The translations under genes were made by a program, and so were the position numbers. Below, piece by piece: positions 9,922 to 20,048 of a stretch of 64,000 nucleotides of DNA. The DNA comes from an uncultured Candidatus Saccharibacteria bacterium (GTDB lineage: Bacteria > Patescibacteriota > Minisyncoccia > Phycocordibacterales > Phycocordibacteraceae): assembly GCA_964391975.1 (NCBI GenBank), contig CAYMNZ010000002.1, positions 12,708-76,707 of the forward strand, in the 5' to 3' direction. The notes beneath the pieces are model-generated. The model was not told where the DNA came from and did not search any database. It was given only the letters and a program-made list of their open reading frames with translations. Positions within the stretch are counted from its first letter, which is position 1; the number at the start of each line of letters is the position of its first letter.

Positions 9922-11760
9922 TTACTTCACGCGCGCACCCGCGTCGATAGAGGGCGCGGTGGCGGTTACGGCTTCCTGAATATAGCGATCGAAGGCGGAG
10001 AGGGTCGGGCTGGTCACGATGACAGGACTTACCCCGACCTGCGAGAGGCTCGGGAGGAACGCAACCTCAAAGGAGGTTGAGCGAGGACTTGCGTGGGCCG
10101 CGAGGTCTCCAACGTTCCATGACAGCTCACGGGAAGTTGCGTTGTAAACGACCTCTGACCCACTCACGAAGCGGACATAGGACGGGAGCGTCGCCTTGGC
10201 TATAGCGCCAGCAACGGCATTGACCCCATTGCCAACCGAGAGAGTAACAACGTAGGAGGTCTCGACATCGGGGGTTGGTGGGTTGGGGCCGGCACTCCTG
10301 GAGGCGGTTGCGGTGAACGAGAGCTGACTTGCGACCTGGACGGTCCTTGAAAGCGTCGAAGTAATTTCCTCAGTCACACCCGTCTCCCCCACACGACGAC
10401 CAGCCACCGCCACGTTCACCGTAATGGAGGGATTGTGAAGCGTTGCAAGTTCGGCCGCAGATTTACTCGTGAACGTGAAGGAGCTCGCGCCACTATCACC
10501 CGGCTGCAGTGTGCGAAGTCCCGTGGTGGTATCTCGGTTGAAGACAATGGTCGTATCAGAAGAGCGGTAGAAGCCTCCACTGCTTGCAATTGATTTCTTA
10601 TCGAGCGCTGCACCGGAAAGATGAATTTCAATTTCGCCGTCGAGAATCTGCGTTGGAAGCGTGTTCTGCCAGGAGATGATGCCCTGCACTTCCGCTCCTG
10701 GCTTCACCGCAACCGAGTTCGCGTCACTACGATCAAGCGAGAGCGAGACTGCAATAAACGGACGCGTAATAGCAACGAGCGCCTCCTTCGTAATAAACGA
10801 GACGCTTAAGTCTCCCGAGCCGTCTGCCTTCGAGGTTCCGGCGGAGAAACGGAAGACGCGTTCGTCCTTATCTTGGCCGCCCAGGATGCCGCGTATAGAA
10901 ATGGTGCGCTGTTCGCCCGGCTGCAGTGTTCCAATCTTAAAGAGTGTATTGCCTACCGATGCCTGGGAGGCCCCAGTGAATGAGAACCCGAATGGGTATT
11001 CAGCGGTGATTGCGAGATTATCAATGGCTGCCGGTGCATTCGAACGTATCGTGATATCAAACGTCATCTCCTGGCCGGAGGAAACTTCAGAAAGCGCATC
11101 GACATTCACTGATACTGGCGATGTCCCGATAGTGAAGTCAAAGGATTCTTTCTTCTCGAACACCGCGTTTGAGCCTTCGGTGCGGTACTCAAGCGTCATT
11201 GGTATGGTGATGCCTTGATTCGCCTCCCCAAAGAGCGTGGCGCGTACGGTGCGCTTCACACTCTCACCTGGACCGATGGTCCCGATAGCAACTGCTTCAT
11301 GCGAGAGCGGCTGCGGGTCCTTATCTGCCGAGTACGTGCCATCGGGGAAATCAACGAGGAGTCTCGCATCAGTCAGTGTTGCCGGGTTCTCATTCTTGAT
11401 AACCAAGAACAGCGAGACCGTGTCTCCTCCAGCAATAGAGGTGGGAGGATTCTCAATCGTAATCTTTACGCGCTCGTTTGAGACAGAGCGTCCGCCCTGC
11501 ACCACGAGGAAGAACGCGACGATAAGCGCTATGAGAAAGAACCCCGCAGCACCCATAAGAAAGAGCGCGGAACGGGAGAGCCCCGGACGCTCTGGCCCCT
11601 GGGGTGCCTGCGGCTTCCCTGCTTCCTTGGTCCAGCCATGGGGCACTTTAGAGCCCTTCGCGGAAAGCGAGGAGGGATGTATATCAAACGAGGTCCCTGG
11701 GGAGTACAGCCGCTTTCGCGTCTCCTCAAGCGGCCCAGTGTCTTCTTGCGCGCCTGGCAT
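9922..11760 (-). CDS. membrane-anchored Ig-like repeat surface protein (DUF11-like)
   Basis: Single N-terminal TM followed by repeated beta-rich modules (IGTIGPGES, IGTLQPGEQ, LQPGDSG). Confidence 0.7.
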   Translation of the reverse strand: MPGAQEDTGPLEETRKRLYSPGTSFDIHPSSLSAKGSKVPHGWTKEAGKPQAPQGPERPGLSRSALFLMGAAGFFLIALIVAFFLVVQGGRSVSNERVKITIENPPTSIAGGDTVSLFLVIKNENPATLTDARLLVDFPDGTYSADKDPQPLSHEAVAIGTIGPGESVKRTVRATLFGEANQGITIPMTLEYRTEGSNAVFEKKESFDFTIGTSPVSVNVDALSEVSSGQEMTFDITIRSNAPAAIDNLAITAEYPFGFSFTGASQASVGNTLFKIGTLQPGEQRTISIRGILGGQDKDERVFRFSAGTSKADGSGDLSVSFITKEALVAITRPFIAVSLSLDRSDANSVAVKPGAEVQGIISWQNTLPTQILDGEIEIHLSGAALDKKSIASSGGFYRSSDTTIVFNRDTTTGLRTLQPGDSGASSFTFTSKSAAELATLHNPSITVNVAVAGRRVGETGVTEEITSTLSRTVQVASQLSFTATASRSAGPNPPTPDVETSYVVTLSVGNGVNAVAGAIAKATLPSYVRFVSGSEVVYNATSRELSWNVGDLAAHASPRSTSFEVAFLPSLSQVGVSPVIVTSPTLSAFDRYIQEAVTATAPSIDAGARVK

Positions 11761-11778
11761 GATACACAAAAGTATACC

Positions 11779-12312
11779 TTACAGACCGGAAGCAGCGATG
11801 CCCTGATTGATGCGTGCGATAATCTGCTTCCGATTCCCTTCAATGGAAGCTGGCACCTCTCCAGCATCAAGCCCGAGCGCGTTCACAATCCGGAGCGCGG
11901 CTAGGCACTCTGCGGCATCCTGTTTCTCCTCGTTCTCATCCTTAAGCGCGATGAGTAAATCGCGGAAGGCCCGAAAGAGTTCTGGCTCCTTTGTTTCCCC
12001 GTGAACAAGCCGCAAAAGGAGGAGCGAGATGCGCCCCGCTCGCACTCGCGCTGCAGGAGGCAGCTCTGTGAAGTGGTCTTCCACAAGCGAGGCACCTGAA
12101 AGGCGCCATCCTTCTTTTCCGTAGAGCAAGCTCGCGTCGAGCTCTGAGAGGGTCCGGAGCGCATGCGAGAGCTTTGCTCCTGATTTGCGCACTCCCTGCG
12201 CACGTGCACGAAGCAAACCAAAGTCTGCGGTGAGGAGTGTCACGAGCGCACTCGCCTCCCCGATAGACGTACGGGAGAGGACAATGGCCGGCGTGACGTA
12301 GTTAGGACGCAT
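11779..12312 (-). CDS. recO: DNA repair protein RecO
   Basis: TPAIVLSRTSIGEASALVTLLTADFGLLRARAQGVRKSGAKL; ATG overlaps ileS end. Confidence 0.85.
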   Translation of the reverse strand: MRPNYVTPAIVLSRTSIGEASALVTLLTADFGLLRARAQGVRKSGAKLSHALRTLSELDASLLYGKEGWRLSGASLVEDHFTELPPAARVRAGRISLLLLRLVHGETKEPELFRAFRDLLIALKDENEEKQDAAECLAALRIVNALGLDAGEVPASIEGNRKQIIARINQGIAASGL

Positions 12313-15300
12313 CGCGCGTAAGAGAGAAAGAAACGGGACCCGTTGAAAGCTCGGCGGTGTGAGGGCCACTTCCCTTAACCACTGAAACAGTATCGCGCGG
12401 TGAAAAGCCGGCGGTCTTGCGCGCTTCGGCGACCGCGCGGGCAAAGGCACGTTCATCCCCCTCCTGTACGAGTTCTGGGGTGAGCACCGTATCGAGCTTC
12501 ACCTCCGTTCCAACGACAATGTTTTTCACGTTCACTTCGTCAGCGACAATTGCTGAGAGCGCAGGTGATAGTGCTTCAGTGACCGTAAGCGTTGCAAGCG
12601 GCTGTCGCACTTTGATGTTCGCCTTCTGGCGAAGCATGAGTGCTTCGGAGGCAACCGCGCGGACCTTCTGCATATCAGCAATCAGCGCGTCCTCTTTGCG
12701 AGAGCCGAAGAACGGTTTCTTGATTTCCGGCCAGGAAGCCAAGTGCACACTCTCTGGGTCGTTGTCCTTCTTTACGTTCCTATAGAGTTCCTCTGCAACG
12801 AATGGCATTGCCGGAGCGATGACCTTGGAGAGCTCAAGAAGCACATGACGAAGCGTGCGGAGTGCTGCCTGCTTGTCTGCCTCATCCTCTCCCTTCATGC
12901 GGTCACGAGAACGCCTCAAGTACCAAGTCGAAAGGTCATCAATAAACTCGCGGTACGGGCGCACGGCACGCGGAACATCGTAGCGTTCAAGCGCGTCTGT
13001 TGCGTCCTCAATTACCTGCGTAAGGCGCGCGAGTATCCAGCGATCAAGTGGGTGCGTGCTCTTCCCCTCCCCTTCCTTAAGATCCTGCTTGAAGAGCAGA
13101 TAGAACGACAGCACATTGCGCAGCATGTTCACGACGCGCGCGTGCACATCCTTCACGTCTTCATCGCGGAACATGAGATCCTCTGCCTGCATCACGGGGC
13201 TTGAAAGCATGTAGTAGCGGAAGGCGTCAGCACCATACTGATCAAAGAGCGCGTACGGGTCCGTGTAGTTATTCTTGCTCTTAGAGAGCTTCGCACCATC
13301 CTTGGCCACCACGTTTCCGGTCGTGATGACGTTCTTGAAAGATTGGCGCCCGAAGATAGAGACGGAGATGGCGTGCATGTAATAGAACCATGCGCGCGTC
13401 TGACCAATGTACTCGGACACAAAGTCGCCCGGAGCTCGTTTTTCAAATTCCTTTTGGTTCTCGAACGGATAGTGGTATTCCGCAAACGGCATGGAGCCTG
13501 ACTCTACCCAACAGTCCACGACTTCTGGTGTGCGAGTAAGCGGCTCGCCGTCCTTCTCAAGCACTACGCGATCAAGGTATGGGAGATGGAAGTCGAGCTC
13601 GTAGTTGCGATTGTGCGGCAGCGGTACGAAGTTAAGCGGCACCATCTTTCCGCGCTCGGGGTACGGAATATCGACAATCTCCTTCGCTGTTGCCCCTCGC
13701 ACGATGCCATAGAGCATCCAGAGCGGCTCGCCGTGCGAGACGATGAGTATCTTCTTGTCTTTGTACTTCTCCTCAAGCGAGTAGAGGAAATCTCCCACAC
13801 GCTTCCTGAGGTCGTTAAGAGACTCCCCTCCTTCAGGCCCCTTCTCGAAGCGGGCGAGGTTGCTTTCTTTCGTATCCGGGAAGTGTTTGTGGAACTCGAT
13901 GAGCGTCTGTCCGTTAAGGAACCCGTGATTGTATTCCGAGAGTGCAGCATCAACGACGACCTGTTCAGGCTTGCAGCCGATGGCTTTCACGACAATCTCC
14001 GTGGTCTCGCGCGTGCGCACAAATGGAGAGGTAATAACGACATCGATATCGCACTTCTTGAGTTCCTCCGCAGCTTTGGCTACCTGTGCCTTCCCTTGCT
14101 CCGTGAGGTGTACAGGCTCCGTAGGGTCAGCGCTTATGCGACTCTCCACATTGCTGTCGGCTTCTCCGTGTCGGAGCGAGTAGTACGTATTCCCGCTCTT
14201 CTTCGTGAGCTGCTTGAGCTCATCAAGAGAACCGACCACTGTGACCTCCCCTTTCGGACTCTTCCATATAGGAAGCGGAGACGCCCAGAAACGATTGCGA
14301 GAAATGGTCCAATCAGGGGCACCTTCAAGAATGTGCTTGAAGCGTCCGTGCTTAAGATGCTCAGGCACCCACGTAATCTTCTCGTTCTCTGAAAGGAGCT
14401 TCTGCTTCACGTCTTGTATGTTGATGAACCAGGAAGACACCGCGTTGTAGATGAGCGCTGTACCACAGCGGTAACAGTGCGGGTAGGAGTGCGTATTCAT
14501 CGCACGCGCAAACATGAGGCCGCGCTTCTCAAGGTCTTCCTTTATAAGTGGTTCTGCCTTCTTGATGTACTGGCCGTGTACAAACTCAGGTGCGTCCGTG
14601 TTGTACGTACCGTTGGGGTTCAAGAGTGGGATCATCGGGAGTCCTTCCTTGAGACCGAGCGCGTAGTCATCTTCTCCGTATATGACGGCGGTGTGCACGA
14701 CGCCAGTACCGTCAGTGGTCGTGACAAAGTCTGCTGGGAGCACCATCCACTTCTTTCCTGTGTGTGCCGCTGCCTTCGCTATGGTGTAGAGCGGCTCGTA
14801 CTCAATGCCCACAAGTTCCTTCCCCACGAACTCCTTTGCCGGATTCGAAAGTCCAAGCGTCTCAGCACGCTCCTTTGCTGCAACAAGCGATACGCCGTCC
14901 TTCTCGTAGAGTGCGTATGAAATCTCCGGCCCCACCGCAAGTCCGACGTTCCCGGGAAGTGTCCACGGCGTCGTGGTCCACGCGAGTATATAGGTGTTCT
15001 CCGGAAGTCCGTGTTTCTCCGGATTCCTCACCTTGAACTTCACTGTTACCGCTTCCTCGGTAAGGTCCTTGTACGTGTTGTCCATCGCAATCTCTGCTTT
15101 GGCGAGTGGTGTCTCGCAGTGCGGACAGTACATAAGCACCTTCCTACCCTCATAGAGGCGGTTCTTCTTATGTATCTCCTTAAGTCCCCACCACACACTT
15201 TCGATGAAGCTGTTGTCCATCGTCTTGTAGGAGTTGTCGAAGTCGACGAAGCGTCCAAGGCGCTCAATGTAGCGCTTCCACTCATGCACATAATCAAGCA

Positions 15301-15667
15301 CCATCGAGCGAGCCGTCTCATTGAACGTCTCGATACCTATGGAAAGAATCTCTTTTTTGTTCTTGAGTCCAAGCTTCTTCTCCACGAGAGATTCAATCGG
15401 GAGACCGTGCGTGTCCCACCCCCAGCGCCTGCGTACCCTGTATCCGCGCATGGTCTTGTAGCGCGGGATGAAGTCCTTGGCGACCGAGGAGAGCAGCGAG
15501 CCTTGGTGCGGGAGACCAGTAGCGAACGGAGGACCATCATAGAAGGTGAACTCGCCTTTGGGGGCGGGCTTCTCAAGCGACTTCTCGAAAATCTGCTGCT
15601 CCTTCCAAAACGCGAGAACCTCTTCCTCGCGCGTGGCGACGTCTGTTTTAGCCGTAGTTTCAGCCAT
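12302..15667 (-). CDS. ileS: isoleucine--tRNA ligase (type 2) with inserted histidine-phosphatase domain
   Basis: FYDGPPFATGLPH, GWDTHGLPIE, WTTTPWTLP, DWTISRNRFW, KLSKS; internal RHGE domain. Confidence 0.95.
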   Translation of the reverse strand: MAETTAKTDVATREEEVLAFWKEQQIFEKSLEKPAPKGEFTFYDGPPFATGLPHQGSLLSSVAKDFIPRYKTMRGYRVRRRWGWDTHGLPIESLVEKKLGLKNKKEILSIGIETFNETARSMVLDYVHEWKRYIERLGRFVDFDNSYKTMDNSFIESVWWGLKEIHKKNRLYEGRKVLMYCPHCETPLAKAEIAMDNTYKDLTEEAVTVKFKVRNPEKHGLPENTYILAWTTTPWTLPGNVGLAVGPEISYALYEKDGVSLVAAKERAETLGLSNPAKEFVGKELVGIEYEPLYTIAKAAAHTGKKWMVLPADFVTTTDGTGVVHTAVIYGEDDYALGLKEGLPMIPLLNPNGTYNTDAPEFVHGQYIKKAEPLIKEDLEKRGLMFARAMNTHSYPHCYRCGTALIYNAVSSWFINIQDVKQKLLSENEKITWVPEHLKHGRFKHILEGAPDWTISRNRFWASPLPIWKSPKGEVTVVGSLDELKQLTKKSGNTYYSLRHGEADSNVESRISADPTEPVHLTEQGKAQVAKAAEELKKCDIDVVITSPFVRTRETTEIVVKAIGCKPEQVVVDAALSEYNHGFLNGQTLIEFHKHFPDTKESNLARFEKGPEGGESLNDLRKRVGDFLYSLEEKYKDKKILIVSHGEPLWMLYGIVRGATAKEIVDIPYPERGKMVPLNFVPLPHNRNYELDFHLPYLDRVVLEKDGEPLTRTPEVVDCWVESGSMPFAEYHYPFENQKEFEKRAPGDFVSEYIGQTRAWFYYMHAISVSIFGRQSFKNVITTGNVVAKDGAKLSKSKNNYTDPYALFDQYGADAFRYYMLSSPVMQAEDLMFRDEDVKDVHARVVNMLRNVLSFYLLFKQDLKEGEGKSTHPLDRWILARLTQVIEDATDALERYDVPRAVRPYREFIDDLSTWYLRRSRDRMKGEDEADKQAALRTLRHVLLELSKVIAPAMPFVAEELYRNVKKDNDPESVHLASWPEIKKPFFGSRKEDALIADMQKVRAVASEALMLRQKANIKVRQPLATLTVTEALSPALSAIVADEVNVKNIVVGTEVKLDTVLTPELVQEGDERAFARAVAEARKTAGFSPRDTVSVVKGSGPHTAELSTGPVSFSLTRDAS

Positions 15668-15708
15668 AATCCTCCATCCTATCGTAGGGGGAAGGATTCC
15701 CCAAAAAC

Positions 15709-15987
15709 CTAGTTATCGATATGGGTGACGATGCGACCAGCGTCAGGCTTCCCGTGTCCCTGTATGACATGTACTTTCTGGTCGTGACTTGAATCCTTCA
15801 ACGCTCTAGTTACAGCCTCGCGGAGTTCGAGCTCGTTAGTGACTACGTACTGACGTGCATTACCGTGCTCGCCCCACGGCGCAATCAAAATCGGGTAGGC
15901 TGCCTTTTTGTCGGCAATCAACTGAAGAACCCCTTCCGCGTTCGTAGCGGAAAGCTGCTGAGGAAGTTGTTCGCCGCTCTGTTCCAT
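15709..15987 (-). CDS. hypothetical protein
   Basis: 92-aa ORF between argS and ileS; TATCGT box 6 nt before ATG. Confidence 0.55.
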   Translation of the reverse strand: MEQSGEQLPQQLSATNAEGVLQLIADKKAAYPILIAPWGEHGNARQYVVTNELELREAVTRALKDSSHDQKVHVIQGHGKPDAGRIVTHIDN

Positions 15988-15999
15988 ATGTAAACGATA

Positions 16000-17643
16000 C
16001 TACATCTTCGCTGGCGTCGGAATGGCAAGAAGCCAGAGACCATTCTCCATCGTGGTGACGAACGCACGGGCAACAAGCAGCTTGTACGCCTCATGCTCCC
16101 CGCCAAGGATGCGGTTGGCTGCATAGAAAGAGTTCCACTCCCCTGCCAGTTGCGTAAGGTACTGCGCCACATGATGTGGAGCGCGTTCGCGTTCAGCACG
16201 TGCAGCAACTTCTGGGAAGCGCGTAATCAGGCGCTCGATAAGATACGGCTCTGCTGGTGCGTCCTTCGCGTCTCCATCGTTACCCGCGGTCGCAAGAATC
16301 GACTTTGCGCGCACCATCGCGTACTGCAGATACGGACCTGAATCCCCCTCTAGAGAAAGGGACTTCTCAGGATCGAAGATTATGTTCGAACCGAGTGCCT
16401 GGCGGAGAATTGGATACTTAATCGCACCAAGCGCTACCTGCTCAGCAACAATCGGATCCTCGCTCTTTTCGGACACCTGCTCGATAAGATCGTTGATGAA
16501 CGTTCGTGCGGTCACCACGTTCCCTTCGCGCGACGACATCTTGCCCGACGGAAGCTTCAACATGCCGTGCGCAAGGTGCGAGGTCTTCTCGCCAAGAGCC
16601 GGGGCTACCTCTTTGAGCGCCTCGAGCACGACCATGAAGTGCCCGACCTGTTCAGTTGCAGTAACGATGATGGAAACATCTGCGGGCCAGCGCTCTTCTT
16701 TAAGGAAGGCGAGTCCAATCTCTTTCGTCTCGTAGGTGGGCGTACCCTGTGACGTGATGAACACACGAGTGTGCTTCCCCTTTTTCTCTCCCTTGTACAC
16801 GATGGCACCATCGCTTTCTTCGAAGACACCGTTCTCGAGATTCTTGCGCACGATGTCGAGACCGATAGGAGCAGTCTCACTTTCAAAGAAGTAGTAGTCG
16901 AACTTTGTGCCGAGCACTTTGTAGATTTCCTCAAACGCTGCAAGCGATACTTCCCTGCCCTTGCGCCAGAGTTCTGCGAGTTCCCGGTCTTCATTCTTGT
17001 AGATAGCCCGGTTGAGCGCATCTATCTCCGCTTTCGCATCAGGACTCTCTTCGTACGCTTTCGCTCCGTGGGTGTATGCCTTCCCGATGTCAGTAGCGTT
17101 TGCGGGCTCCAGGTTCCCAACCTTCTGCAACCCCCAAAGACACTTAGCCACGTGCGGGCCAACGTCTCCTTCGTAGTTCACATGCGAGACGGTAGCACCG
17201 GAGAATTCAATCAAGCGCGCGACTGATTCCCCAATCGCGTTACTCATGAGGTGCCCAATGTGCATCTCCTTAAATGGATTCGGGTCCGTGTACTCCATCA
17301 TCACGCGCACTCCCTCGTTTGCGGTTCCGCGCCCCCAGTCTTTTCCTGTTGCGCGTAGAATCTCGCTCGTGATGACACTCCGTGCGAGTGTGACGTTAAT
17401 GAATCCAGGTCCTGCAACCGTGACGCTCGTGACCTCCTCTTTGAGGGCCTTCGTGATGCCTGAAGCGATAGTGTCAGCAACTTCCTTAGGGTTCTTCCCC
17501 AGAATCTTGGCCACCACCAGGGCGGCGTTTATGGCGTAGTCGCCGTGAGAGTGGTCAGCTGGGCGCTCTACGGCGAAGGCAACATCGGGAGCTCCGATAT
17601 CTGCCAGTGCCGCCGCTACGACGTCCCTAATGCGAGTTTCCAT
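16000..17643 (-). CDS. argS: arginine--tRNA ligase
   Basis: HGDYA, GPGFIN, EYTDPNPFKEMHIGH, KMSSREGN, GDSGPYLQYA. Confidence 0.96.
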   Translation of the reverse strand: METRIRDVVAAALADIGAPDVAFAVERPADHSHGDYAINAALVVAKILGKNPKEVADTIASGITKALKEEVTSVTVAGPGFINVTLARSVITSEILRATGKDWGRGTANEGVRVMMEYTDPNPFKEMHIGHLMSNAIGESVARLIEFSGATVSHVNYEGDVGPHVAKCLWGLQKVGNLEPANATDIGKAYTHGAKAYEESPDAKAEIDALNRAIYKNEDRELAELWRKGREVSLAAFEEIYKVLGTKFDYYFFESETAPIGLDIVRKNLENGVFEESDGAIVYKGEKKGKHTRVFITSQGTPTYETKEIGLAFLKEERWPADVSIIVTATEQVGHFMVVLEALKEVAPALGEKTSHLAHGMLKLPSGKMSSREGNVVTARTFINDLIEQVSEKSEDPIVAEQVALGAIKYPILRQALGSNIIFDPEKSLSLEGDSGPYLQYAMVRAKSILATAGNDGDAKDAPAEPYLIERLITRFPEVAARAERERAPHHVAQYLTQLAGEWNSFYAANRILGGEHEAYKLLVARAFVTTMENGLWLLAIPTPAKM

Positions 17644-17666
17644 CAAACGAGTATAGCAAAAGCGCC

Positions 17667-18053
17667 CTAGTCCCGAAGGACCTTGATGAGCGCATATTTC
17701 TCCTTCTTCAACATGCCAAACCCGTTCTTCTCGAAGAGTTCTTTGGCGCCGGTGATGGAGAGCACCTCATATACCTTTTTCTTATCGGCGAGTGCAACAC
17801 AGGCATCAATGAGTTCGGTTGCAATGCCCTTCCCTCGAAACGCTTTGGATACCGCAAGTGAGCGAATCTCTGCAAGACGCTTGGAGTAAATGACGAGCGC
17901 GCAACAGCCAACAATACGAGCAGGCTTCCCATCTACCGCAACAAAGAATTCTGTTGTGCGCGGCAGATGATCCTGCAGCAGGATTCCTGCATGCTCGCGT
18001 ATGAGCTTATGAATGGACTTTGCGTCCTTGCTGGTAGCTTTGCGTACTTTCAT
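17667..18053 (-). CDS. GNAT acetyltransferase (short ArgA-like)
   Basis: VGCCAL..LAEIRSLAV..FRGKGIA..LFEKNGF. Confidence 0.85.
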   Translation of the reverse strand: MKVRKATSKDAKSIHKLIREHAGILLQDHLPRTTEFFVAVDGKPARIVGCCALVIYSKRLAEIRSLAVSKAFRGKGIATELIDACVALADKKKVYEVLSITGAKELFEKNGFGMLKKEKYALIKVLRD

Positions 18054-19319
18054 CTAGCGAAACGACTCTGGAACCGGATGCTTCTCTGCCATCGTCTTGA
18101 TTTCTGCTTTGGCTTTCGCGACGGTGTCTGCGTCGCGTTTGCGAAGTATCTCAATCATGAGTTCAGCGACACGTACGCACTCCGCTTCTTTGAAGCCACG
18201 CGTGGTAATTGCTGGAGTTCCAAAGCGAATACCAGAAGGATCCATCGGCTTGCGCGTATCGTCAGCAATCGAGTTCTTGTTGAGCGTAATGCCCGCCTCA
18301 TCCAAGAGCGTCTCTGCATCGTGTCCTGAAATCTGGTACGAGCCCCAGACGTCAGCGAGGATAAGGTGGTTACTGGTACCGCCCGTAATCAAGCGGGCAC
18401 CGTCCTTGAGGAATACATCCGCCATTGCAGCGGCGTTTACTACCACCTGCTTGGCGTAGGTCTCAAAGGAAGGCTCAAGTGCCTCACCGAAACAGACTGC
18501 CTTGGCAGCAATCATGTGCATGAGTGGGCCGCCCTGGAACCCTGGGAAGACGGACTTATCAATCTTCTTTGCGATGTCTGCATCCTCGCGTGTGAGAATC
18601 ATGCCGCCGCGTGGGCCACGCAGTGTCTTATGCGTCGTGGTAGTCATCACGTCGAAGCCGTAATCAAACGGATTTTTTACTGCCTTACCAGCGATGAGAC
18701 CAGCGATGTGCGCGACGTCCATGACGGCAACAGCTCCCACTTCGCGCGCGATTGCGACGAACTTCGCATAGTCGAGCTCGCGTGGATACGCAGAGTAGCC
18801 AGCAAGCAACATCTTAGGTTTCTCCTTCTTCGCAACCTCGAGCATTGCATCGTAATCGATTTCTCCCGTCTCAATGTTCTTCATCTTATAGCGCACGAAG
18901 TTGAAGATTTTAGTGAGGTAGGTCACTGGGTGTCCGTGTGTGAGGTGTCCACCGTGGGAGAGGTCCATGCCGAGAATCGTGTCTCCGGGCTCAAGAAGCG
19001 CGAAGTACATCGCAACGTTTGCGGGAGCACCTGCGTGTGGCTGCACGTTTGCGAATCCTGCACCAAAGAGTTTCTTCGCACGATCACGCGCAAGGTCCTC
19101 GACAACGTCGGTGTACTGCTGGCCGCCGTAGTAGCGCTTGCCCGGATACCCTTCCGAGTACTTGTTGGTGAGGACAGAGCCCATCGCCTCGCGTACTGCG
19201 AGCGACACGTAGTTCTCAGAAGGAATAAGCTCGAGGCCTTCGCGCTCGCGCTTCTCTTCTCCCTCTATTGCACTCCAAACTTCCGGGTCATCACGCTTCA
19301 CGTGATCGTAGCTGTTCAT
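18054..19319 (-). CDS. glyA: serine hydroxymethyltransferase
   Basis: LELIPSENY, NKYSEGYPGKRYYGG, GGHLTHG, TTTHKTLRGPRGG. Confidence 0.97.
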   Translation of the reverse strand: MNSYDHVKRDDPEVWSAIEGEEKREREGLELIPSENYVSLAVREAMGSVLTNKYSEGYPGKRYYGGQQYTDVVEDLARDRAKKLFGAGFANVQPHAGAPANVAMYFALLEPGDTILGMDLSHGGHLTHGHPVTYLTKIFNFVRYKMKNIETGEIDYDAMLEVAKKEKPKMLLAGYSAYPRELDYAKFVAIAREVGAVAVMDVAHIAGLIAGKAVKNPFDYGFDVMTTTTHKTLRGPRGGMILTREDADIAKKIDKSVFPGFQGGPLMHMIAAKAVCFGEALEPSFETYAKQVVVNAAAMADVFLKDGARLITGGTSNHLILADVWGSYQISGHDAETLLDEAGITLNKNSIADDTRKPMDPSGIRFGTPAITTRGFKEAECVRVAELMIEILRKRDADTVAKAKAEIKTMAEKHPVPESFR

Positions 19320-19348
19320 AAGAGACACACTAGGCTTCTAAGTACCGA

Positions 19349-20026
19349 TTATACAAGGAGTCCTTTGACTACCCTATACACATCCTCGTGGATTGCCTCC
19401 CGAGGCCTCATCTGGCCATTTTCCGCGCATTCAATGACGTGCCAGTTAGGCTGGCGCTCGGCAAGCCATTTGGCTGCCTCGTAGCTGCGCTCCATATAGT
19501 CTTGGTCCTTCTCCACTACATCCTTGCCGTCCGTATTCTTCACCTCCCGCTTCTCATCGAGGAGCTTGAGGGAAATCTCAAGTGGCACATGGAAGTAGAT
19601 GACGGCGTCAGGCTTTGGGACACCAAGGGTGGTGTGCTCCATGCCATCGAGCCAGATAAGGAACTCCTCGCGTTCCTCTGTCGCGGAAATCTTGCCTCCT
19701 TGGTGTATCTGGTTGGAGGAGGAAAAGCGGTCCGTAATCACTACCTTCCCCTGGTCGAGCGCATGCTTAATTCTAGGCGTCTCCTCGAAGCGGTCCAGCG
19801 CGTAGAGGGTGGAGGCAATTTTTGGGTCGAGGTTGGCGAAGTCTCCGCACTTCCCGGCAAGGCAGGCGGCAAGGAGGGTCCCAAAGAAGTTGCGGTTGTA
19901 GGAGGGGAAGTTGAGCGCTTCGTGCTCTACATCGTCTTTCTGGAGGCGCTCAGACAGAAGCCTGGTCTGGGTCGCCTTCCCAGAGCCGTCATTGCCGTCG
20001 AGGACTATAAACACCCCTTTTTTCAT
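19349..20026 (-). CDS. tmk: thymidylate kinase
   Basis: [26 protein letters not shown]. Confidence 0.9.
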   Translation of the reverse strand: MKKGVFIVLDGNDGSGKATQTRLLSERLQKDDVEHEALNFPSYNRNFFGTLLAACLAGKCGDFANLDPKIASTLYALDRFEETPRIKHALDQGKVVITDRFSSSNQIHQGGKISATEEREEFLIWLDGMEHTTLGVPKPDAVIYFHVPLEISLKLLDEKREVKNTDGKDVVEKDQDYMERSYEAAKWLAERQPNWHVIECAENGQMRPREAIHEDVYRVVKGLLV

Positions 20027-20048
20027 ACCCTTAGTATACTGCCTGTAT
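20027..20048. promoter_or_regulatory. putative bidirectional -10 element (palindrome AGTATACT) for tmk and thyA
   Basis: AGTATACT at 20033-20040 gives TATACT on both strands, 6 nt from the tmk ATG and 8 nt from the thyA ATG. Confidence 0.6.

Noticed and set aside
13620-14195. Intein or mobile intron in ileS
   Set aside because: No Cys/Ser...His-Asn splice junctions or homing-endonuclease motifs; the insert is a histidine-phosphatase domain
18366-19484. 372-aa plus-strand ORF
   Set aside because: Antisense shadow of glyA with no motifs; similar shadows occur over metG, glyQS, ileS and polA
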